NCBI GenBank assembly: GCA_964016885.1
Contig: OZ024751.1
Location: 9,982,001-10,046,000 of the forward strand
Source of the DNA: Eledone cirrhosa
Lineage: Eukaryota
Length of the DNA: 64,000 nt
Direction of reading: 5' to 3'
Positions 28,793 through 40,861 of this stretch are shown here, one piece after another (the first letter of the stretch is position 1; every line of letters begins with the position of its first letter). A model generated the notes under the pieces. That model searched no databases. It saw nothing but the letters and a program-made list of their open reading frames with translations, and was not told the DNA's origin. The translations under genes were made by a program, and so were the position numbers.

Positions 28793-31700
28793 CTATAGTC
28801 TGATGTAGAGTGAAGGCCCATTCACACGGGCCATTCTCGCCACTTTCACCCATCTTTCATAGAAACGGCTGGGGTGCAGCACCTCTCTCTCCATCCTGAT
28901 CCTTCTTCCGAAATGATATCGGAAGAAACGGACCAGTTGTTGGCCAGAGAGAAAGGTGCCCGACCTCAGTCCTTTCAGACGCGTCCACCATACAACCTCT
29001 TTCGCCATGGCTATTACGCACAGAAACACCGCCTCTGCTTCATCTTTGAAGGGGGGAGGCGGCTTGATCATTACAATAGACTCGGTGGTCAACCGGATCG
29101 GTCCCACCCTTGACAGCAGTTGTTCGACATAGCCCCACAGATCGGCTACGCCCGAGCAGTGTACTAATGCGTGTGCAACGGTTTCCTCGTCGCACACGCA
29201 TCTGGGACAGATCTTTTTGGCGGGGTCCCTACCCGGGCGCCCGTGTCTGTAGAGCCTTTCTCGAACGGGTAAAGCCCCTCGGTAGCACTGCCAGGCCAGG
29301 GACTTCTGGAAGTTGTCCATAGGTCCCGGGCTGAATGTCCTACCGAAAAGGCTGGCCAGTTCGTCCTCCTCCATGTCTAGGGCTTCTCCGAGGGCGTCGT
29401 CGCACCTGCTGCGTACCAGCCCTCTATAGAATGTTGCGGTGGAGTCTCCACTGATAACCGGATCCGCCTGCCAGAGGGCGGTGAGCGCCTGGGCACACTC
29501 AGTGTGCCAGGCGCCCAGTTTTCTCGGTCTTTGCTTGACCCAGGATTGCAGCTCGGTGAGTGAGACGAGTCTGGGAAAGGTTCGTCTCACAAACGAGGCC
29601 CACACCGGTTGTCCGGTGAGGAATACGTAGAGGTGCCGTAGCCTTAATGCGTGTTTACGCATCATTAGCCACGGCATCCCCAGCCCTCCTTTCGAAGGGT
29701 GTTGACAGCAGATGGATCTCCTCACCATAGGAGCCCGCCTCTTCCAAAGGAATTGGAAGAGCGCGCGCTCCATCTTGGTGAGGGTTTCCCTTGGGCAGGG
29801 CACTACGGTCAGGCGGTAGTAGATGACGGACGCTATGTAGGTGTTCGCCACCTCCGCCCGACCTTTCAGGGATAGTTTGCAACTGGCCCACTTCTGGGTC
29901 AGTGCAAACACTCTGTTCGTAACCTCCGCCCAGTTTTTCTCCACCTGGAGGTCCGGTCCGAACCAGACCCCGAGCAACTTCACCGGGCCCTCCGTCCAGC
30001 GTCCGACGACGCTATCGGAGGGCATCGGTCTGCCCCTCCACGTGCCGAGTTGCAAACCGATCGACTTGTCCCGGTTCAGCTTAGCCCCTGTGAACTTTTC
30101 GTACTCCTCCAGTAAGGTGCCGACCGCCTCGATTTCGGAGGCCGTCGACACCATTACTGTCACGTCATCGGCGTAGGCCGACACCGCTTTCCGCAATCCC
30201 GGTTCCAAAGGGATGCCCTGCAACAACTCCAACTTCCGCAGTAGTGGCTCGAGAGTCAATACATACAGAAGGGAGGAGAGAGGGCACCCTTGTCGGATGG
30301 ACCGCGCGATTTTGAACGGCTCCGAGAGGTAGCCGTTCACCTTGACCCTAGAGCAGATGCGGCTGCTGTGCATAGCAGTGATCCAGCCCCTGAAAACGGG
30401 TCCGAAGCCTGCCGCCGCTAGCACCGCATCCAGGTAACCATGGTCGACCCTATCGAACGCCTTAGATTGATCCAAGTTGATCAGAGCCCCACCAAAGCCG
30501 GGTTCGTTCCCAACCCTCTCTATGATGTATCGCATGAGGTGGAGGTTGTCATGGATGGACCTGGACGGGATAGCGCATGTCTGCGCATCTCCCACCAGGT
30601 TGCCCACGACAAGCGCCAACCTCTTTGCTAGCACCTTGGCCAAAATCTGTAACTCTGTATTTAGCAGTGTTATGGGCCTGAAGTTACTTATTTCGTCCCC
30701 CTTGTTCTCGTCCTTCCTCACTAGCGTGACTACGCCCTTGGTCACAGTACAGGGAATTCTCCCGTTCTGTTGCCAGTTGCAGTAGACCGCCTCGAGGAGA
30801 TCGGGGAACAAGTCCGGCATAGCTAGATATAATTCGTAAGGAAGACCATCGAGACCCGGGGATTTGCGTTTGCCGCATTGGCTCAGCACGTCCTCTATCT
30901 CAGCGGCCGAAATCGGCTCCTCGCAGGACTTCGCCTCCCTGTCCGAGAGGCGCGGCAGGCCGTCGAGGTATGGACCGAAGTCCACGTTCCCAACCGGCTC
31001 CCCGCCCCTCCCGAACAGTCGGGCAAAGTGCCTTTGAAAGGCCTCACACATCTGCTTAGGCTCAAGAATCGCCCGTCCATCCAGGTCTCGCAAAGACCGG
31101 ATGGTGGATTTAGTTCCACTGTTGGCCTCTGTCACGCGGGCCCAGCTAACAGCTTTGGTCCCCTCGTTCCCTAGAGCACGTATTTTACTTCGGACAACGC
31201 AGCCTTCGTGCTTCGCGTCGAAAAACTGGCTCAAAGCCGTTCTCGACGCTAGCACTCTGGCCACGTCGCCGCTTCTAATTGCCTCTTCTACTCTATCTAT
31301 TAGCTCCCTTTCCTTCCTATTCCTATCCGCAGCTAGAACCTTACTAAATTCTATCGAGACTACTCTAATCTCTCTCTTTAGAGATACCCACCACCTGCTG
31401 TTGACGATCGCTCCAGTCAACCGTTCCTTAACTAACGTACTAATCCGATTCCTGTAGGCTCTACTTGCCGGCAAGGACAAGTTGAGCTTCCAGTAACCGG
31501 GGCCCTGTCTATGAGTTCTGTCAAGGTTGACCATGCAGGTCACTAATTTGTGGTCTGAATAGCCAACAATGCGCATTTTTGGACAACTTAAAAAGTCCTT
31601 ATCCTTAATTCTAACTAAGAACCTATCTAGGTACGACCTAGATGATCCGCTACGATTTGCCCAAGTCCAGGTTGGCGCAGTCGGAAAATCTAGTCGATAT

Positions 31701-32230
31701 CTATCGGCCAGGTCAAATCGACCGATTAACCCTTTGAGGCTATTACACCCCTCTCTATCGGGGCAGGCCCCTACGTAGTCCCAGCGTGCATCTAGGATAC
31801 CATTCCAGTCCCCCACTAATAGCAAGGAGCGGGACGTCCCTAGAAAAGTCTCCAGACGATGGAAGAAGTCCGGCCGCATTGACCCGAAAGGGCCGTAGGC
31901 GGCTACCAACCTAAACGCTCCGCCTTTACCACTGCCAAGGTCCAGAACCACTAGTCGACCCTCCGGGTCCAAATGTACCATCTGTGTTGCGAGACCCAGA
32001 TGTTTTTGCAGCAGAACGACAACTCCACCCCCACCTCCAGGCTGACAGAGAGATGCGTGCATCTCAAAGTCATCAAAGGTGGGGGCCAGCTGTCGCACGT
32101 TGCTGATCCGGGCCTCGCAAATAACCATCACATCTATACGTTGTGACCTGAGGTCATTTAGAAGCATTGCTTGCTTCCAAGTTGAGCCCAGGCCACGCGC
32201 ATTTAAACAGCCTACTCTTAGCATAGCCAT
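28793..32230 (-). CDS. LINE ORF2: APE endonuclease + reverse transcriptase + C-terminal zinc finger (1145 aa from first ATG)
   Basis: Uninterrupted ORF: LNARGL, GDWN, TW, LDRF, SDH (APE); KSPGLDG, FRPITLLN, LDQSKAFDRV, RQGCPLS, AYADD (RT); CPRC..ET..H...C. Confidence 0.95.
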   Translation of the reverse strand: MAMLRVGCLNARGLGSTWKQAMLLNDLRSQRIDVMVICEARISNVRQLAPTFDDFEMHASLCQPGGGGGVVVLLQKHLGLATQMVHLDPEGRLVVLDLGSGKGGAFRLVAAYGPFGSMRPDFFHRLETFLGTSRSLLLVGDWNGILDARWDYVGACPDREGCNSLKGLIGRFDLADRYRLDFPTAPTWTWANRSGSSRSYLDRFLVRIKDKDFLSCPKMRIVGYSDHKLVTCMVNLDRTHRQGPGYWKLNLSLPASRAYRNRISTLVKERLTGAIVNSRWWVSLKREIRVVSIEFSKVLAADRNRKERELIDRVEEAIRSGDVARVLASRTALSQFFDAKHEGCVVRSKIRALGNEGTKAVSWARVTEANSGTKSTIRSLRDLDGRAILEPKQMCEAFQRHFARLFGRGGEPVGNVDFGPYLDGLPRLSDREAKSCEEPISAAEIEDVLSQCGKRKSPGLDGLPYELYLAMPDLFPDLLEAVYCNWQQNGRIPCTVTKGVVTLVRKDENKGDEISNFRPITLLNTELQILAKVLAKRLALVVGNLVGDAQTCAIPSRSIHDNLHLMRYIIERVGNEPGFGGALINLDQSKAFDRVDHGYLDAVLAAAGFGPVFRGWITAMHSSRICSRVKVNGYLSEPFKIARSIRQGCPLSSLLYVLTLEPLLRKLELLQGIPLEPGLRKAVSAYADDVTVMVSTASEIEAVGTLLEEYEKFTGAKLNRDKSIGLQLGTWRGRPMPSDSVVGRWTEGPVKLLGVWFGPDLQVEKNWAEVTNRVFALTQKWASCKLSLKGRAEVANTYIASVIYYRLTVVPCPRETLTKMERALFQFLWKRRAPMVRRSICCQHPSKGGLGMPWLMMRKHALRLRHLYVFLTGQPVWASFVRRTFPRLVSLTELQSWVKQRPRKLGAWHTECAQALTALWQADPVISGDSTATFYRGLVRSRCDDALGEALDMEEDELASLFGRTFSPGPMDNFQKSLAWQCYRGALPVRERLYRHGRPGRDPAKKICPRCVCDEETVAHALVHCSGVADLWGYVEQLLSRVGPIRLTTESIVMIKPPPPFKDEAEAVFLCVIAMAKEVVWWTRLKGLRSGTFLSGQQLVRFFRYHFGRRIRMEREVLHPSRFYERWVKVARMARVNGPSLYIRL

Positions 32231-32254
32231 GTTGGTGGTGAAGAGAAAAGGCAC

Positions 32255-33273
32255 TTACCTCTCTGCGTCCCGGGTATCGGGCTGCACAATTTCCATTAGG
32301 GTGGGGGATGGGTTGTTGGGTGGGGTGGTGGTTTGTGAAAGTGTGGGGGCATCAGTGTGTTGTGTGGTTGGGGAGCTTGGAGTTGTGAGGGTGTTTGGGG
32401 AGGGGGTGGGATAGTTTTTTAGGAGGACTCGGTTAATGGGCCCGACGCAGGGGGGACCCACGTCCTCTTTAAAATTGTTTTTTAAAGTTTTATAGGTGTC
32501 CTGTGGGGCCTTAATCATTTTGAGGTGGGGGAAATCCCCTGCCTGGGTGAAGTTAGGCCCTTGTGTTTTTATTAGATTGTTGTTGTACACAATGTTTAAC
32601 AGTTTTTTGTTTCTTGTATTTATGTATGTGTATGCATGTTTTTGTTTTTGTGTGGTGTTTTTTGTTTGCTGTTGTGAGCTCTTTTGTGTTGGTGTCAGTG
32701 TTATGTTTTGGGGAGGGTTTTTTTTCATTTGTGTGTCTGAGGTGTGTTTTCTTTTTTTTCTTTTGATTGTGTGGAAGTGCTCCTCCTCGTCTGACGACGA
32801 ACTAGGGTCATCTTCCGCGTTGTAGGGGAGGGGTATATTTTCGGGTTGTGTTTGCGGTACGGGTGTTTTGGAAATTGTTTTTGTTTTTTGAGTGGAGGGG
32901 ATGGGTTGGACATTGTTTTGTTTTGGTTTGAGCTGTGGTGGTTGTTTTTGTAGTGGTTGTTGTGGTGATTGTGTTGGTTGTGCAGTTGTTGGTGGTGTAG
33001 GCAGGATTGGGGTTTTCTTATTAAGTTGGGGACAGACAGCCCTCAGGTGACCTCTGGTTCCGCAGAGGTAACACGAGGGCCGTCTACCCTCAACGGTAAT
33101 GTTGATGAAGGTTAGATCATCCAGTATGACGCGTTCAGGGATCTGGGCGATCCTTTCGGGCCTCATTTGAACTACAAGTTCGAGGCTCGTTCCACTGAAC
33201 GCGTCACCCGATGCCTTTCCCATGGACACCAGCATGTCATCCTCCAGGTCCAGAAAACCTGTCAAAACCCACC

Positions 33274-33274
<1 letters not shown>
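32255..33274 (-). CDS. LINE ORF1 C-terminal part with gag-like zinc knuckle (5'-truncated)
   Basis: CYLCGTRGHLRAVC (CX2CX4HX4C), P/Q/T-rich linker, basic KRKKRKH; the ORF-track N-terminus (YLSIYLSIYL) is (TCTA)n read-through. Confidence 0.85.

Positions 33275-33305
<31 letters not shown>
33275..33305. repeat. (GATA)n tract at the 5' junction of LINE copy 3
   Basis: tagatagatagatagatagatagatagatag. Confidence 0.9.
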
Positions 33306-33577
33306 GAAATATAAATATAAATAGGAAATATAAAATAAACAGAAAAAGTAAAAGAAGTCAAGAAATAAAGGAAATAAATAAAGCAAGTAATAATTAAAGT
33401 TTTATTTAATTATTTCAGAGGAATTGAAAATTAACGTATTTTCATGTTGGAATTTTTTTGATTTTATACGTTTATAAATATGTTTTCTTAATGTGAAATT
33501 TCTCGGATATTCATATTGATATAGTACCGCACGACCAGTAAAGAATTCATCCTACTCTCATGTCCCACACCACCAAA

Positions 33578-33626
<49 letters not shown>

Positions 33627-33670
33627 CTGTGTGCTTCTTGCTCATAATAATAATTTCTATACTTTTCATT

Positions 33671-33790
<120 letters not shown>

Positions 33791-34176
33791 TGGTGGACAC
33801 ACGAGCAGAAGGACGTGTGTTTTTTTCCTGCCGGCAACATATCACTAAATCGGATTTTATCTGATACCGTTCTCAAAACAATAACAAATGCATGAAAGAC
33901 TTCTTGATTGCATGGGAGAACCGTTGAAATAATTATAATGATTAAACGATTTATGTAACATCATTTTTATTTTTGTTATTTATATATATATACTAGCAGA
34001 GCTACCCGGCTTCGCTCGGTGTTAAAAAGCTTATTTAGAAAACAATAATATTAAAATTTTAATCGTTATTTAAAAACTTCTCTAATTTATTTTTTATTTT
34101 TTAGATCTTAACATTTATCTTTAAATGACTGAATGACTGATGAATTTATAGAAAACTCCTTATAAGAACATTTATT

Positions 34177-37100
34177 TTATTTTACTGAAGTGCTTTTGGA
34201 TACACAATGTTTTTTTGTTTTTCCTTCTGGTGCGTACACGAATAAATCAGAAGGTTTACCGACGCGTGAGCAAGCCACATACAGCTGTCCATGTGAGAAG
34301 CATGGATTTTCTAAATTTAGTCCACACACTTGTAGCGATTGTCCTTGTGCTTTGTTGATAGTCATTGCAAAGGCGAGTCGCACCGGAAACTGCAAACGTT
34401 TGAATTCGAATGGCGTATCTGTTGGAATCATTGGGATGCGTGGCAACAGTACATCTTCTTTTAATTTTCCATTTAAAATTGTAGCTTCGATGATATTGTT
34501 CATAATCTTTTTCACTGAAAGCCTAGTACCGTTGCAAAGTTGTGGTGGATTGATGTTTCTGAGAAGGATGATAGGCACGCCAATTTTCAATGTTAAAATG
34601 TGCGGTGGCATGCCTGGCAAATCAAGTGAATTCAAGAATTCAGTTGGATAATTGATAATTTCGTCTTGATTCATTAAAGTATCAATGGACTTATACGTTG
34701 TCGCTTCGCTTGGTATTTTGTTTTGAATGCTGAAATTAATGGCATTGACATCGTTGTTTTTGGCTGCTAATATAGCACGTGCATTGAACCACTGATGATT
34801 TTTGTAATGCTGCGCGATATTTGGGAAAACTTTGTGAATCAGTTCGTCTCTGGTTGCCGTGATTCTACAGAAGTTTGTTCGCAATGTCATACATTCTGTG
34901 GATTCATCGATTACCATTTTCCCATTCCCAATATCCAGCAATTGTTTTGTGAAACGTTCAGCGGATGCATCATTTTGTAGTTGTACACGCATATTGGTTT
35001 TTAAAGTTAATTTCTGTACGTGTCGCCATAAAACTGATGATTTGAGACATGCATTAAGCTCATCGGCGGGTGTTGATCGCGGTATAACTGGTAGAGTTTG
35101 TCGAAAATCACCAGACAATAAAATGAGTGTGCCACCGAAGAGCTGTTCATTTCCTTTCAAATTTTTTAGTGTGTTATTAAGCGCTTCCAATGATTTTTTG
35201 TGCGTCATAGTACATTCGTCCCATATAATGATTTGACATGATTGGAGTACTTTACCTATACCAGAATTTTTGGTGATATTGCATGTTGGTGTCTCAGTGA
35301 TTTGCATATTCAATGGCAATTTCAGTGCTGAATGTGCAGTTCAGCCACCATCCAAAAGAGTTGCCGCAATTCCAGATGATGCGATTGCCAGTGCAATATT
35401 ATTTTGTGATTGTATAGTTGCCAAAATAAGTGAAATGAGAACAGTTTTGCCTGTACCACCGGGCGCATCTATAAAATACAATCCGCCGCTTTGATTTGTA
35501 ATTGCCTGCATAATTTTGTCATATACTATGCGTTGTTCTGGTACCAATTTCAGAAGATTCGTTTGAACAAATGTACCCAATTCGGCGACATCAAAGTTTG
35601 TTTCTCGTTGCAAATCACGATCGAAAATGTCGTTTACAGATCGATTCGGCGCAGGCATTCCCAATTGTACCAGTGTTTTCTTAGCGATTGCTAAACATAT
35701 GACCTCAATCGAAACCAATGCTTCATTATACACGATTGGTGTGAATTGAATATTCAGATTTTGATTTGTTGCACGCAAACGATGTAGGATGTCTTCACTC
35801 ATGTAGTCTTTGTATTTTTCCCAAAGATCTTTTGGATTTGATGGGAAGCACGTTGTCAATATTATTGCGAATAACGTGCGTATTTGCTGTGGTCGAGCAG
35901 TATTCGATGCATCAGCGAGTGAAGTGTCCCAATGTCCATCATTTTCAAGAAGATTTAATTTTTGGCAAGCTTCACGATAAGTGGCACATACTTGACCGTT
36001 TACTGTTCTCAATTCTTGGAATGATGTCGGTTCACGTACGTTGATTAACAATAATCGCAAGTAAAAGCATTCTGCATTATTTGGGTGAACAGTGTACAAA
36101 CGGCCTAACGCGTCGATGGAATATAAATTGGGATGTCCTTCAACTACTTTACCCTGTTTGCGACGTTTAAACTTTTTCGTTGATGTATTCCATGTGTAAT
36201 ATGTTGGCACTTCAGAATAAAGTAGTGTCTTTGGAAACACATCTTCACTGCACAATGAGAAAAACGCAGTTAACGTTGTTGGCGGTGGTATCAATGCCTT
36301 TGCACGTATATTTTCAGTTGTGAAGTATACGCGCTGTCCATTTTCAAGGTGCACCGCCAAATAAACAACTGTTGGATGTCGATAATGGATTGGAAATGAT
36401 AAAATGCGCCATACTGCTTCATTACTACTAATGTAGCGTCCCAGTTGGCATTGGTCTATTTCATCGATAGATGCATTTGCATTGCACACTCCAAAAACTG
36501 CCATATCGCTTCCTTTGTTGATATATTTGCAAATGTACTTGATCGCTTTCATCGAATTGCAATACTCGACATTGATGTGTGCTTTGAACGTCTTGAGAGT
36601 AACGGTGAATATGGTACAACCCAACGATTATCGACTTCAACATAATTGTTTCGTACTTTTAAAGTGATGGATTTGCCGCCATCTTCAGTTGCTCGTCGAC
36701 GATAGAGTAGATATCCGTCATTGCCAGTGATAGTCTCGGCAACTAAGTCTCTTGGGTATTGTTTCGTGCATTTCCCATCAGACATGCATGGTGAATTGTT
36801 GTTGAGTAAGCCACATGGACCATGAATCATGTTTTTAGTGACGACTTCAAATAAGTCTGAATCAACGTCGACATCTGGTATTTCTGCTGAGATGATTTGA
36901 TCAATTTGATCTGGTGTGACTTTTTCAATTAACCAAATCAAAATGTGTGCATGTGGCAATCCTCTTTTTTGCCATTCAATGGAAAACATTCAACAGCGTG
37001 TCTCTCCAAAAACATGATGCTTGACAATTAAATCCGTTAAAGATTTCAATTTTTGTTTGAACACACGCGCTGTAATATCATGACGATCCGAAGACGATTG

Positions 37101-38906
37101 ACCAGGTAACAAAAGTTCTTTAATTTCATCCCATGTAGGATTGCATGTGAATGTAATAAAAAAAATCTGGACGGTCATATGCGCGAACATATGTCATTGC
37201 ATCTTGTGCGTATTCATGCATGTGCCGTGGGCTCCCTGTAAATGTAGCCGGCAGTATGACCATTTTCCCCAATTCATTAGGATTCATATTGCCATCATTA
37301 ACAATGGCATCACGTAAATGAATGTACTCTTCTGAACTAGCTTGGTTTGATTCAATCGAATGTAGAGGAGTCGTTCAGTTTCGATTTTTGCATACATATC
37401 GACAATGTATTGATGGAACAATTGTCGACATTTCAAAATATGATTTTCACCGTTTTCACGAATCATTAATCTATATGAATAATAATTCATGGCACTGACT
37501 TTCTTATTCGTTTCCTCATCTGTTTCTGGATTTCTCAGTTTGATGTTGAAATGATATCCATCTTCTCCTTGCCAAAATAAAATCGGATATTGCAAACCAT
37601 CGTATGACCGATGCGTTTCTGAGACTCGCTGAACATCACCATTTCTGCGGTGAAGAATTATATCGCGCGAGTTAAATTCTTCACCTACAATAACGATCGC
37701 CACTTCATCAATTGTTGGTGCATTGTACTGTCTTTGATGTTGGTCAACAGGTGTTTTGTCTGCTCTAACTACAATTTTGTAGTCATCACTTGGCATTTGT
37801 TCAAGGGCAGCTCTGAACAATCGAATTAATTTGTTGTGTTGATTGAATAAAGTTTGTAATGCAGTAACAATTTCTCGTTTAGTTCCCGTATTGAATTTGC
37901 AACGTTGATCTATTTGGTCATCAGTGTTTCCCATGAAATAAATTTGAAGAAATTTGTGATCTGCGTCCGGCAGTAGTAGTAGTGATCCAGCACGATGATA
38001 AATTTGCCCTTGCACTTTGAATGTTGGCATGTAATTCTCGCGCACGATATTTGTTGCACCGAACGATGTCATTTGGAAACATGAATTGTACTTGCGTATG
38101 TTTGCCAAGAAATGTTTAGATTCGCTTGTGTCACCTGATACTAACGTTGATAATGGTTCAGGTGGTGGATGTAATTCTGGCAATTTCACTTTTCCACCCG
38201 AGCAGCACATTCCTGGTGTTTCATTTTTAAATTTGAGGGCACCACAATACCCGCATAATTTATCCATTTTTCCAATAATCACACTTGGATGAAGACTGTA
38301 ATTATAATTTGAATTGTAATGAAATGCACCAAGATTTAAATCAGCGTGCAGTATTCTTCTGGTGAGAGCATTGCGTAATCGATTCGTTTCCACTCTTGCT
38401 TCCCGTTGCTCGTCTGTTTCAGATGAACGGGCTTGAGCAGTTCTTACTCGAACGGTTTCCACTCTTGCTTCCCGTTGCTCGTCTGTTTCAGATGAACGGG
38501 CTTGAGCAGTTCTTACTCGAACGGTTTCCAATCTTGCTTCCCGTTGCTCGTCTGTTTCAGATGAACGGGCTTGAGCAGTTCTTACTCGAACGGTTTCCAC
38601 TCTTGCTTCCCGTTGCTCGTCTGTTTCAGATGAACGGGCTTGAGCAGTTCTTACTCGAACAGTTTCCAATCTTGCTTCCCGTTGCTCGTCTGTTTCAGAT
38701 GAACGGGCTTCAGCATTGCGTAGTCGATTCGTTTCCAATCTTGCTTCCCGTTGCTCGTCTGTTTCAGATGAACGGGCTTCAGCATTGCGTAGTCGATTCG
38801 TTTCCAATCTTGTTTTCCGTTGCTCGTCTGTTTCTGAAGCTCGTAATGCATATTTTTTCCTTGCTTGAGGTGTAGATTGACCAATCACTCGTCGTTTGGG
38901 AGGCAT
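34177..38906 (-). pseudogene. Helitron RepHel (STPR-like repeats, Zn motif, HUH Rep, PIF1 helicase) with stops and frameshifts
   Basis: CGYCGALKFKNET..MCC; FFITFTCNPTW; EWQKRGLPHAH; KYICKYINKG; DAPGGTGKT; IIWDE; GDFRQ; LCNGTRL; QFPVRLAFAMTINKAQGQS; FSHGQLYVACSRV. Confidence 0.92.
38370..38845 (-). repeat. Seven 69-bp coding repeats (23 aa, ARSSETDEQREARLETVRVRTAQ; STPR-like)
   Basis: Units start at 38394, 38463, 38532, 38601, 38670, 38739 and 38808. Confidence 0.9.
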
Positions 38907-38989
38907 AATTGAATAGAAAATGGGTTGATTTCTGAAATATTTTTTTTTTTTAAACTATAGATAAAGGACAAACAAACATACATTCATTT

Positions 38990-39260
38990 ATCATCATCCT
39001 CATCATCATCATCACCGTTTAACGTCATTTTTCCATGCTAGCATGGGTCAGACGGGTTTTGTCCCACTTGGCAACTGTTTCTGGCAGGCTTTCTACGGCT
39101 GGATGCCCTTCCTAACACCAACCACATTACAGTGTGGACTGGAGCAACGTGAAAAAATAAAGTGTCTTGCCCAAGGACACAACACATCGCCCGGTCTGGA
39201 AATCGAACTCACAACCTCATGATTGTGAATCCAACTCTCTAACCACTCAGCCACGTGCCT
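38990..39260 (-). mobile_element. tRNA-derived SINE with RTE-derived 3' tail, inserted at the Helitron 5' end
   Basis: Head ggcacgtggctgagtggtta...gagttcgattt; tgtgtccttgggcaagacactt; aggaagggcatccagccgtagaaa; tail catgctagcatggaaaaatgacgttaaac then (GAT)n. Confidence 0.8.
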
Positions 39261-39276
39261 ATATATATATATATAG

Positions 39277-39544
39277 AAGCACATTCCTGGTGTTTCATTT
39301 TTAAATTTGATGGCACCACAATACCCGCATAATTTATCCATTTTTACAATAATCACACTTGGATGAAGACTGTAATCATAATTTGAATCGTAATGAAATG
39401 CACCAAGATTTAAATCAGCGTGCAGTGTTCTTCTGGTGAGAGCATTGCGTAGTCGATTCGTTTCCAATCTTGCTTCACGTTGCTCGTCTGTTTCAGATGA
39501 ACGTAGATAAAGGACAAACATACAAAACAAACAAATATACATTC

Positions 39545-39550
<6 letters not shown>
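39277..39550 (-). mobile_element. Internally deleted partial duplicate of the Helitron 5' region
   Basis: 39277-39502 matches ~38204-38428; 39503-39550 matches the 5' terminus at 38958-38990. Confidence 0.85.
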
Positions 39551-39638
<88 letters not shown>

Positions 39639-40150
39639 TTTAATCTACCGGAGTAAACGGTAGTGTCGGATCCGTATAGAGAACTCAATGCAATCCGAGT
39701 GTGGAGAGATCATAAACAATTCATGTAGTTAATTAATGATGCAAAACAATAGGAAAACAGGGTCAAAATAAGACATTGAAAAACAATGAAAGTTTAAACA
39801 AAGAACATGTTATTCATATTAATATTGATTTATGCATCTTCATAAAAAAATATATCTACATATTCATATATACACATATACATATATATATATACATATA
39901 CACATATATACATACACATACATATATATTATATTTTACAAATTATACTGAGATAAATGCAAACCTACCTCCTTCAGTTCTCTATCATCAGTGTAGAATG
40001 AGAAAACAGTAAAACAATTGTGGAAAAGGATGGTATGGTGGTTACAGTAGAGAAAGATAATTAGGTCAGACCAATGGACAGCAAATTTAAGTACAATAGA
40101 TTAATATGAAGAACATGTTATTTGTTTAATTTTTCATTGTTTTTCAATGT

Positions 40151-40187
<37 letters not shown>

Positions 40188-40252
40188 GTAGTAAATAAAG
40201 AGTTATTCCCCTTCCTTCCTGGACATACATACAAACAAACAAACATACATTC

Positions 40253-40341
<89 letters not shown>

Positions 40342-40460
40342 GGGAGAGAGAGAGATGGAAAAAATGAAACGAAATTTCCTTTCTCACATATATACATACG
40401 TACATGTATATATGTGTGCATCTGTACGTCTGTATACATATATGTATGTACGTATACATA

Positions 40461-40524
<64 letters not shown>

Positions 40525-40528
<4 letters not shown>

Positions 40529-40628
40529 CGGTAGTATATCAATATGTACATCCGAGAAATCTCACATTTAGAGAAGAATACACGCACACACACACACACA
40601 AACACACACATACACACATACACACATA

Positions 40629-40675
<47 letters not shown>

Positions 40676-40772
40676 TCATACATACATATATATATGTATG
40701 TATGTGTGTATGTGTGTGTGTATGTGTTGTGTGTGTGTGTGCGTGTGTGTGTGCGTGTGTGTGTGTGTGTGT

Positions 40773-40861
<89 letters not shown>

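Larger units (their letters stand above)
28529..33274 (-). mobile_element. Tx1/L1-type LINE copy 3 (5'-truncated within ORF1, intact ORF2)
   Basis: ORF1 3' part, ORF2 and 3' UTR ending AAATAAAAGAAATG; (GATA)n on both sides. Confidence 0.95.
33993..38990 (-). mobile_element. Helitron (rolling-circle transposon), near full length
   Basis: Minus-strand 3' end ccgagcgaagccggg hairpin + ..ctgCTAG|T inside (TA)n; 5' region aaatgaatgtatgtttgtttgtcc; RepHel coding remnants between. Confidence 0.95.

Noticed and set aside
35341-36992. In-frame TGA codons in the Helitron ORF (35341-35343 and 36990-36992) as recoding
   Set aside because: They fall where Arg (GGRTAH) and probably Trp are expected, so they are simple nonsense mutations; the ORF also has frameshifts.
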